Positions 52,901-64,000 of a DNA stretch of 64,000 nt are shown one piece after another. Position numbers and translations under genes: made by a program. Below the pieces are notes generated by a model. The model worked only from the letters and a program-made list of their open reading frames with translations, was not told where the DNA came from and searched no databases. The stretch's first letter is position 1, and each line of letters opens with the position of its first letter. This DNA comes from Eledone cirrhosa (Eukaryota): NCBI GenBank assembly GCA_964016885.1, contig OZ024743.1:42904001-42968000 (forward strand), in the 5' to 3' direction.

Positions 52901-55217
52901 GATGTTATTTAACTGGAAAGTTTGTTGAAATGAATATCAAGCCATTACCTGCAGCCTCAGATATTCAGAACGTATCGGAGGTTTCTTGCTGTTCCCAGCA
53001 AGCATGCCTTTTGAAGTGTTCCAAAAAGCGGGGTTGGACTACTCTTCTTTAACCATCCTTGGAAACTCTTTGAGAAAGTACCTAGTGCGCCTATGACAAT
53101 CAAGACGACCTCGATTTCATGGCAGTTCCAAATCCTTTTTAACTCCCACTTTAAGTCCTGGTATCGGTTACTTTTCTCCCTCTCCTTCTCTTGCACTCTC
53201 GTGTCAAATGGGCAGGCTACATCTACAATCAGGAACGATGTTTTTCCTTGTCCAAAACCATCATGTCAGGCCTATTGTGTTCTAATTTCTTGTCCGTCTG
53301 TATCCTACAATAACATATCACCTTCACCTGATCGTTTTCATTTGTAATAAGAATTATACTATCACAATTGTTTTAAATATCTAAAAAAATCAAAAACTTA
53401 CGGGATCGATTCCATGACACTCTATCCACCATGTGCTTATTATTATTATTACAGCTGCATTTATCTTGCTTTATGTTCATACGAGTTATCACCAAGTCAC
53501 AACCAGTGACCTCAAGAGACAACAAGGTCCGCCATGTTCAAGAAAGAACATACATACTCACATATGCATCTTTAGTGTTTAGACTTGTGATGTACTTATA
53601 TTGACAGAATCTTCCTTAGTATGTGGGCAGTTCCCATTAGTACTATTTTTTGTATTTCTCCTATACGCGGGTTTCCTGGGATTTGCGATAAGTAATCATT
53701 AGACCCCTTAGGTATCATTCCCAGAGTGCCTACAACCACTGGTATTGTTTTAGTTCTCAATTTCCACATTTTTCCAATTTCTATCTCCAGGTCCTTATAC
53801 TTGCTAGATTTTTCAAATGTTTTTATAGATACATTCTTGTCTATTGGAACGGACACATCAATTACCAGGCATACCCTCTTTTTAAAGTCCTTCAATATTA
53901 TATCAGGTCTATTTATATCTATTTTTCGGTCTGTTTGGATGGTAAAGTTCCACAAGATTGAGATGTTGTCTTTTTCAAGTATGGGAGGTGGTTGATGCTC
54001 CCACCAATTCTTTTGATGGAGCAGGTCAATATGATTACACATTATCCAATGTATGTATTGTGCAGCTTTGTCATGCCTTTTTAGGTATTCGGTTGGAGCT
54101 ATAGGACTGCACATTGAAATTATATGGTCAATGGTCTCTGGTTGTTTTTTACATACACAGCATAATGGGCTGCATCCATTTTTTATTATGTTGGCTTGGT
54201 AATTTTTTGTTGGCAGACACTATTCTTGTGCTGATATAATCAGTCCTTCAGTCTCCGATTTCAGTCCAGAGGATGACAACCACTGATGGGTTAAAGTTTT
54301 GTTAACATCAGGATTGTTAGCTCGTTCTGGGTATTTTCCATACAGAGTCTTTTCTTGCCATTTCTTAGATAGTTTTTGTAGCAGTTCTTTCTTTGCAGTT
54401 ACTTTTACCTACTTTGCTTTTTCTGTGTTTTCCATTTCAGCAGTAAATGGGACTTCTGAAATGTGTAGTCCATTACTGTATCTGTGTGCATCTTTTGTAA
54501 TGGAGTATGATCTTTTGATGCTTTCGTGTTTCAAAACAACTTTGATCATCCAATCATGTGATTCCCTTAGAAATGTAGAAAATCCAATTGTTGCAGTTTT
54601 CAACGCAATGTCTAACTGGATTAACGCACGTCCTCCTTCTTTCCTAGGGAGATATATTCCATCTGTATCTGCCTTAGGGTGATGCATTCTGTGCATGGTT
54701 AAGAATTTTCGAAGTTTTGTATCGAGCCTACGGATCTCTGTGCTTGACCAGTTGATGACATTTTAACTGTAGGTTACTACTGGTATGGCAAGCGTGTTTA
54801 TGGCATCGATTATATTCCTTGCATTCAATTCCGTTCTTAAGATTGCTCTTACTCTGCGGTAACATTCTTTCCTTATCCTTTCCCTCATTGTCAAGTGCTT
54901 GATTCCGTCTCCTTCACAAACACCTAGATATTTGTAAGTTTCCTCATCATCAAGTTCTCTTATCACATTCCCTCGATCAAGATTAATGTCTGAACTTTTC
55001 AGCAGCTTTCCTCTGGTGAACGTTGCTTTGGTGCATTTATCTAGTCCAAACTCCCTTTTAATGTCATCACTGAATTGCTCCACAGTGGATAATAGCCCTT
55101 GCAATTGTTCATCATTTTTTGCAAATAGTTTCAGGTCATCCATGTAGAACAAGTGATTAATGGTTTTGTCATAGACTTTATATCCATGTTTTGTTTTATT
55201 GAGCATTTTACTTAATG

Positions 55218-55310
<93 letters not shown>

Positions 55311-58300
55311 GGCGACCTACGTAGTAAATCGTATCATCGTGAGCTCCGCAAAGGTTTGTTATTTCCGTTCGTTAAAAATTGTCATTTATGGAAAATTTTA
55401 TTGTTAACTGTTTATAAGCGCACATACATTGTTTTCCGAAAAGGACACCCAAAAAGATTGGAGCCTTGTGCCCAAAATTTAAACTTTTATTATTATCAAA
55501 AAAATTTCTTTGAAAAAAATGGCTAATTCACCTCTGCACGAAGTAGCTGAAAGCCTTCCTCACAAATTAACACCTCACACCGACACCACCATTGTAAATG
55601 TTACTACCTTTGCCAACACAAAAAAAAATATAAGCACTAGCAATATTTTAAATTTGTCTCAGGCAGACATTCATTTCCCGCCATTACCAATGACTGCAGG
55701 TGTTAAAGCCTCCACCACCACCACCACCGCGACAACCACCACCACCACCACCGCGACAACAGAAACAAAAGAAGAAAAAAATAAATTAACTCGTGATGTC
55801 GAAATGAAATCAAGCAAAATGGACTCTTCCCCACCAAAGACGAATGACGTCACCACCACCACAACTGAAACTAAAATTAATATTAACACAAATAACGATA
55901 GCAACAACAACAACAATGACATTATAAAAATCCCCCTCAGTTTCGCCAGAGTAGCAAAACAGTTCGAAGCATTTACGGTAACTCAGGAGGATTTAGAAAA
56001 TGCCAAACATGTGGTAAAGAAAGATGGGTACTGGGTCAGCCTCCCCCCCACCCCCACCTAATAAAATGGAGCATCGGCGCCTATGCACCGTGTCGTATCG
56101 AACAATAAATGTAAAATCGCGCCGAGTGGAACGGGCATCCGAGTCCCAAATCCAAAAAGCTTTGGGACATGTGTGGGCAAGAAAAACCCACATCAGACGT
56201 GGGCAAAAGTATGGAACCGTGGATGTGTTCTTTGAAACACCACAGGATGCTAGAGAACACTCCATGGCCCCATTAAGAAGTGACGACTTCACACTCGTCC
56301 CAAGCTATTGTGGCCAGAGACTCGTCAAGATCAGGGTGACCCACGTTCCACCGGCCATCGAAATTCCCTGGCTAATACCGGCTGTCCTAGCCGGCATCGA
56401 AGCCAACACAAAAATAATAGCAATAGCAAAAGAAAAGCAGGAGAACTGGTCCGGATCTGGGATGGAGCTCCTAATCCAAGCGGACCAAAAAAGCATTGAG
56501 GAGATCCCAGAGGTAATAGACCTCACTGACGGCAGCCACCTCACGGTAATTGTCGAGGGCAGAAGACCTGGGTGTGTCGTTTGTGGTGAAGGAACCCACC
56601 TAAGGGCTTTCTGCCCTCAGGCTAAAAGGTTGAGGCCACCTCTCCTACCCACCCAAGTGACACAACCATCAACACCACCAGTAGCAGAGATGGCAGCAAC
56701 AACTGTAGCAGCAACAAAAGAAGCAACTATAACAGCAACAACCCCAGCAACAGTAGCAAAACCAACACCACCACCACCACCAGCAAAACCAACACCACCA
56801 CCACCCAACACTTCAGAACTAACACCAGCGCCTACACCATCCACCACGCCACAACCAAAGCTAACGCCTGTGGAGGATTTTCCACTCCCCGGCCTATCAC
56901 AACTGGAGACAGATTGTGACGACGAGGAGTGGGAAACGATATCCGGAAAAAAAAAAAAAGAAACCAAAAAAGAAAAAAATTCTATTCCTTCCCCCTCCAA
57001 AAACAAAATACAAGGGAAACAAATGAATTAAGAAACAAAAAAGTTAGGACAGATATGCCACCATCCACACCAGCATCACCAACCCCATCAACCCAAACAC
57101 CAACACCATCACCATCATTAACCCCAACACCAGCATCACCTACACCACAAAAGTCACCAAAATGCGAAACAGAAACAAACCCACAACAAACGCAAACAAA
57201 ACAAAACAACCAAAACGATACACACTACACAGCATTAAATTTGAACAACAAGCAATTATTACCCTACATCCAACACAACACCAGCATCACAGAAAAAGAC
57301 TACACAACAACCCAAAAATCCACACCACCTCCACACATACAAATCACTCGCATCACACAGAAAACGTACATGACACTGAAACAAAAATTCCCCAAAGACA
57401 TCGGAGACTTCCGACAAGCACTCTCCAGGAGGATTTATAAGGACATCCTTCCTGAGGAGGCCACAAACAGTGAACAGGATGGAAAAACCGTCCTTCCCCT
57501 ACGAGAAGTAAGGTAAGTGGTCTTTCTCATCTTTTCCACTCCTTTTCAACATGACATCACTCAGAATAGGCAGCATAAATGCGCGTGGCTTGGGGTCGTC
57601 ATGGAAGCAGGGCCACCTGCTCAACGACCTCAGGTCACTAAACATAGATGTAGTGGCCATCAGCGAGACCAGAATCTCCGAAGCACAGGCTTTCACACTG
57701 ATCTTAGGCGGCTACGATGTGTACGCATCTCCCAGCCGTCCGGGATCGGGGGGAGGAGTTGCTGTGCTCTTTCGGAGAGGTTTGGATCTTGCCATGCGGG
57801 CCATCTTCCTGGACCCAGAAGGTAAGTTGGTGGTGCTGGACGTGACCAGCGGAGACGACCAAGCTTTCAGGTTAGTGGCCGTCTATGCCCCGACAGGAGC
57901 AGGGTGGTCTGATTTCTTCCGGCGTCTGGAGACCTTTCTTGGAACGTCCCGCTCTTTAGTGTTAGTGGGCGACTGGAACGGGTTCTTAGATGCACGCTGG
58001 GATTGTGTGGGATTAGTGGATAGGGAAGGAGGGTGCAAGAGTCTCCCCAACCTGCTCAGACGTTTTGAACTGTCTGACAGGTACCGAATGGATTTCCCGA
58101 ATGTACCAATGTGGACTTGGACAAATCGCATAGGGTCATCCAGATCATATCTAGATAGAGTATTTTGTAGGGAAATAGATAGGTCTAGCATAGGCTGTCC
58201 ACAATTCAAGATAGTCAGCTACACGGACCACAAATTCGTGATCTGTGTGCTTGACTTAGATAGGCTTCATAGACGAGGACCCGGCTACTGGAAGCTAAAC

Positions 58301-61212
58301 GCGTCCTTACAAGCGCGCAAGGCCTACAGAGACCGGATTAGCGAACTAGTTAAGCGGGCGTTGACGGGGCCATCGTCAACAACAGGTGGTTGTTTGCTCT
58401 GAAAAGAGCAATTAGAATAGAGTCCATTAGGTTTAGTAAGACTTTAGCAATAGAGAAAAATAGAGCAGAGGGAGAATTAGTTAGAAAATTAGATGAGGCA
58501 CTTAGCAAACGCATCGCGACCGACCTACTTGCGGCGAAATTGGCCCTTGACCAATTCTTCAATGCAAAGCACGAAGGCTGCGTTGTCAGAGCTAGGGTGC
58601 GTGCTCTCAGACACGAGGGGACGAAATCCGTTCAATGGGCCCGAGTGGCGGAGGCGCGTCGTGGCAACAAAGCCACGATCCGGTCTTTGGTGGACCACGA
58701 CGGGCGCATGCTACTCGATCCCGGGCAAATGTGTGAAGCTTTTCAGCGACACTTCGCTCAACTGTTCGGGGGCAGTGGCGGGCCGGATCGAGGGATGGAC
58801 TTTAGTGTCTACCTCGACGGACTGCCGCGGCTTTCGGCCACTGAGGCGGAATGTTGCGAAAAGCCGATAACAACCGCTGAAGTACGGGATGCAATGACTA
58901 GTTGCACAAGTGGTAAATCGCCTGGATGGATCGTCTGCCCTATGAACTTTACGTACAAATGCCAAACTTGTTCGGAGGCCTCTTGGCGGACGTCTACTGC
59001 AACTGGCAACATAACGGGAGAATTCTCAGCTCTGTGAGCCGAGGAGCGGTGGCGCTGCTAAGAAAGGATCCGAACAAGGGGGATAACATAGATAATTTTA
59101 GCCCATAACTCTGCTAAACACATAGTTCAAGGTTTTGTCCAAGGTGCTAGCAAAGAGGTTGGCGCTTGTCGTTGGTGGTCTGGTGGGAGAGGCACAGACA
59201 TGCGCCATTCCCGACAGATCCATCCACGACAACCTCCACCTCATGCGATACATCGTAGAGAGGGTAGCTAGGGAACCTGGCACGGGTGGGTCTTTGATCA
59301 ATTTAGATCAGTCGAAAGCCTTCGATAGGGTCGACCATCGTTACATAGCGGCAGTCCTGAGGGCGGCTGGCTTTGAGCCCGTCTTCAGAGGCTGGATCGC
59401 GGCCATGCACAGCAACATCTGCTCTGTAGTGAGAGTGAACGGTCACCTTTCGGAACCGTTCAACATCATGCGCTCGGTCCGCCAAGGATGTCCCCTCTCG
59501 TCCCTAATGTACGTATTGACTCTTGAGCCATTACTGCACAAACTGGAGACGTTGAGGGGGATCCCGCGTTAACTAGGATGCGGAAAATCCGTGTCAGCAT
59601 ATGCCGACGATGTCACCGTAGTGGTGTCGAACGCCAAACACATCGAGGCCATCGGCACTACACTAAGAGAATACGAAGCGGTGACAGGAGCAATGATCAA
59701 CCAGGAAAAGTCAGTGGGCCTGCAGCTCGGCACCTGGAGAGGCAGGTCCATGCCGTCCAACAGCGTCGTCGGGCGCTGGACGGACGGACCGGTTAAATTG
59801 CTAGGGGTCTGGTTCGGTCCAGACCTCCAGACGGACAAAAACTGGGACGAGGTGACGAGTAGGGTGGCTTCTCTCAGCCAGAAATGGGCCGAGAGGAAGC
59901 TATCCCTGAAAGGTCGAGCGGAGGTGGCTAACGCGTACATCGCGTCCGTCATCTACTACCGCCTGACCGTCGTACCTTGTCCTAAGCCCCGCCTGACTGC
60001 GCTGGAGCGTTTGCTCTTTCGCTTCTTGTGGAAGGGACGCGCTCCGATGGTCAGGCGGTCCATCTGCTGTCAACACCCGCTACGTGGAGGGCTGGGCATG
60101 CCGTGGCTGATGATGCGCAGACACGCGCTCAGGCTACGACATCTCCACCTCTTCCTCGACGGTGATCAGGTGTGGTCGCCGTTTGCTAGACACGTTTTTC
60201 CCCAGCTCGTCTCCTTGACGGAGCTGCAGTCCTGGGTCAAGCGAAGACCGAGAGGGAGCGCTTGAAGACTGGAATGTCTTCAGGCGCTCACAGCCCTCGA
60301 CCAATCGGGCAATGTGATCGGTGGAAACTCCACCTTGGCGTTCTATAGGGGATTAGTGGAGGGGAAGAGCGACGACGTACTTGGAGAAACTCTAGGCGTC
60401 GACGAAAATCAACTAGCCAATCTCTTCGGAAGGACTTTCGGGCCGGGGCCTATGGACAACTTCCAGAAATCCCTGGCCTGGCAGTGCTACCGGGGTGCTT
60501 TGCCAGTTCGGGATAAACTTTACAGGCATGGAGGTGCCGTCAGCCGGGCATGTCCGAGATGCGCACAGGGCGACGAAACCGTCCTGCACGCACTCGTCCA
60601 GTGTCTGAGCATTGCTGACTTGTGGGTTTATGTCGAACACCTGCTGTCACGTGTAGGACGGATCCAGCTATCAGCTGAGTCCATCGTGAGGATGGCCCCG
60701 CCCTCTTCCTTTAGCCGGGAAGAGCAGGCAGTTTTTATCTGTCTGGTGGCCATGGCGAAAGAGATAGTATGGTGGACACGTTTGAAAGGGCTGAAGACGA
60801 GCACTTACCTCTTCGGTGATGCCCTGATTAACTTTTTCAAATTTCATCTGAAAAGGAAAATCAGGGTAGAGAGGGAAGTGCTGTCTTCCCAGCATTTTTT
60901 TGAAAGATGGGTGAGAGAAGCAAGTATGGCCCGAATGAATGGGCCTTCTCTGAGTATGTGTCTGTAAATTAAAGGTGGAAAACTGGGATAGGGCACTTGC
61001 CCTGGTGGTCAGGGCCACTGTGGTCTTTTAATGGGCTTTCTCCACAAATGTCCCTCGGAAGTCTCCCCCCTATTGGGGAATTTTTCTTTGTTATTTTATT
61101 TCATCCTCTGTTTTTTTTACACGCAGAAATGCCCATTTGTACCGTCCTGTATTGTCCTGTACTGTCCTTAATGTCTACTTTATGTAAACCCTTGTGGTTA
61201 ATAAAGAAAACA
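55311..61212 (+). mobile_element. Duplicate of the full-length Tx1 family A element
   Basis: Same ORF fragments and the same ORF2 frameshifts and stops as 31414-37313. Confidence 0.93.
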
Positions 61213-61218
61213 TTATTA

Positions 61219-61262
<44 letters not shown>

Positions 61263-64000
61263 GTTATTACTCTTTGAGTCTCAATCATTGATGTTAGTTA
61301 ACTGGAAAGTTTGTTGAAATGAATATCAAGCTACTACATGCAGCCTCAGATATTCAGGACGTATCGGAGGGTTCTTGCTGTTCCCAGCAAGCATGCCTTT
61401 TGAAGCGTTCCAAAAAGCGTGGAGGGGCCAATTTTCTTTAATCATCCCTGGAAAGTTTTGAGATAGTCCCTAGTGCGCCTATGACAATCGGGACGACCTC
61501 GATTTCATGGCAGTTCCAAATCCTTTTTACCTCCCACTTTAAGTCCTGGTATCGGTTAATTTTCTCCCTCTCCTTCTCTTGCACTCTCGTGTCGAATGGG
61601 CAGGCCACATCCACAATCAGACACGATCTTTTTTCTTTGTCCAAAACCACCAGGTCAGGTCTATTGTGTTCCAGTTTCTTGTCCGTCTGTATCCTAAAAT
61701 CCCACAGCACCTTCACCTGATCGTTTTCTATCACCGCCTCTGGCTTATGCTCATACCACTTCTCAGAATGTGGTAAATTGTTTACTTTGCATAGGTGCCA
61801 GTGGATCACCCTGCCCATCACATCATGTCTCCAGCCCTTATAGTGAGTCTGGGCTAGGTGTTTACACTCGGATACAATGTGAGCCACAGTCTCCTCTCTC
61901 TCTCCACGGATCCTGCACAGTGGGCTAGCCTCCTCCTTGTAAATGTGGTGTTTCAACCACTTCGTTTTGAGGGCCTGCTCCTGCGCAGCCATTAACATTC
62001 CTTCTGTAGCCTTTTTAAGGTCTCCTCTTTTCAACCAGTTCCATGTCTGTGGATCTCTAAATTCAGTTTTCTCAAAGAAGGTACTATGAAGGGATATTTC
62101 CTGAAGGCTTCTATTTCTCCTCGATGTTATTTCCTCCTTGGACATCCCCTGGCCTATTGTCCCCTCCTTCAGTACAGTTCTGAGCATTGGCTCCTTACTA
62201 TCAGTCACGTATTTGTGTAGGTTGTTTTTCTCCATCTGAACACAGTCCTCTATGCTGATAAGACATCTTCCACCTTCAGATCTCCTTAAGTAGAATCTAT
62301 CGACATCACTCCTCTTGTGGAACATATTGTAGATAGTCAATAGCTTCCTAGTCTTCCTTTCCATTTCTTTTTGTTCAGCAACATTCCAACTCAGAATTCC
62401 CGCACTGTACCTACTAATAGACACAGCTCGGGAATTTACTGCACTTATGGCATTCTTACTGTTCAGATGTGACTTTAATACGCTCCTTATTCTCCGAAGG
62501 TATTCACTTCTTATCAATTCCTTCATTTTTTTGTTCTTGATGTCATCAGCCTCCAGAACGCCCAAATACTTGTATCCTTCCTCAGAGTCAATTTCCTTTA
62601 TCATCTCACCTGTTGGGATCTGGATTCCGTTACTTCTGCTGAACTTACCCCTCCTCATCACAATGACTCCACACTTACTAATACCAAATTGCATACATAT
62701 ATCATTGCTGAAAATACGGACAGTGTCAACAAGCACATCCAACTCCTTCTCACTCTTCCCGAAGAGCTTAAGATCGTCCATGAAGAGGAGGTGATTGATG
62801 GTAAGCCCTCCCTTTCCCAACCTGTATCCTGCTCTCACTTTTCGCAGTACACTGGTCAGGGCATCAGGGCAAGGGCAAACAACAGAGGGGACAGACTATC
62901 TTCCTGGAAGATACCTCTCTTGATCTTCACGCTTCCCATGGATTCTCCAGTTGATGTTAACTCTGTTTCCCAGGACTTCATACATTTGCCCAACAACTGT
63001 CTGATGTTATCTGCCACCTTGAAGATCTCCAGGCTTTTGGTGATCCAAGAATGAGGCACCATGTCAAATGCCTTTTTGTAGTCTATCCATCCCATGGCAA
63101 GACCAGTGTGTCTCCTCTTGCAATTCCTCATTACCATCTTATCAATAAGTATCTGGTCATTGTACCACGTGACTTCTTTCGGCATCCTTTCTGTTCGTCC
63201 GGTAACAAGTTGTTTGTTTGGAGGTGATGATAGATTTCCTCAGACATAATGCTTGTCAACAGTTTCCACATTACGGACAGACATGTGATAGGTCTAAAGT
63301 TGGTAACATCATTACCCTTGATTCGGTCTTTCATTATCACAACTGTGGTACCTTTTGTCAACCACTCTGGTACCTCACCTGACATCAAGCAGTCATTGAA
63401 CATGGCTGTCAGTTTCGGTTGGAGGGATGTTATGTTTTTAATCCAATACCCCTGCACACCATCTGGGCCAGGTGATTTCCAGTTGGTTAGTTTTTTGGCC
63501 TGCCCCTTAAGAGTTTCAACTGTGATACTCAAATCAGTTTTTTGGTGTGCCTGTTCACTGATCTCCTTCTGTACTGTCTCAATCCACACTGCTTGGTTAT
63601 TATGTTTAACATCCTGCTCCCATATTCCTCTCCAGAATCTTTTAGTTTGTTCCGCCTCAGGGATCAAGTCGTTGCCTCTTTCTTTCCCTTCAAGCTGTCC
63701 AAACAGCATCTTCTGGTTGTTGTCGAACATGCGGTTCTGTCCATACTGACTGACTCTGTTCTCGTATCACACTCTTTGCTACAATGGGTTGCTTCAGTTC
63801 CTCTATGATAATATTTAGCTTTTTCCTCCTAGTTTTGAACTTTATTTCCAGTCTATTTTTAGTGTCTATGTTTTTTAGTGTCCCATTCAGTAGGGACTCA
63901 AGCTTTCCAATGTCATTTCTCATTTCCCTGATTTGACCACTCAGTCGTTTCTTCCACCAAGGCTCTGCTCTTTCTTGTCTGTTGTTTCCTCTCGCTTTTA

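Overview
AT-rich eukaryotic (metazoan) DNA made almost entirely of retroelements and microsatellites. No host protein-coding gene, rRNA, tRNA or CRISPR array is supportable. The SINE and MITE types recall octopus/cephalopod repeats, but that is from memory and not verified. (1) 1-25 kb: Penelope-like elements (PLEs, RT + GIY-YIG), one forming a ~4.4 kb palindrome, plus several non-coding 0.3-2 kb elements. Most sit in (TA)n tracts, have PLE-style inverted/tandem ends and carry type I hammerhead ribozyme (HHR) motifs (retrozyme-like). (2) 29-49 kb: a nested array on (TAA/TTA)n tracts, with R4/Dong-type restriction-like-endonuclease LINEs on the - strand and L1/Tx1-type APE LINEs mostly on the + strand. 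Two Tx1-like families have splice-site consensus sequences bracketing ORF2. (3) ~25.05-40.11 kb recurs almost identically at ~48.9-64 kb (offset ~23.8-23.9 kb). All structures were read by eye, without folding or alignment software.
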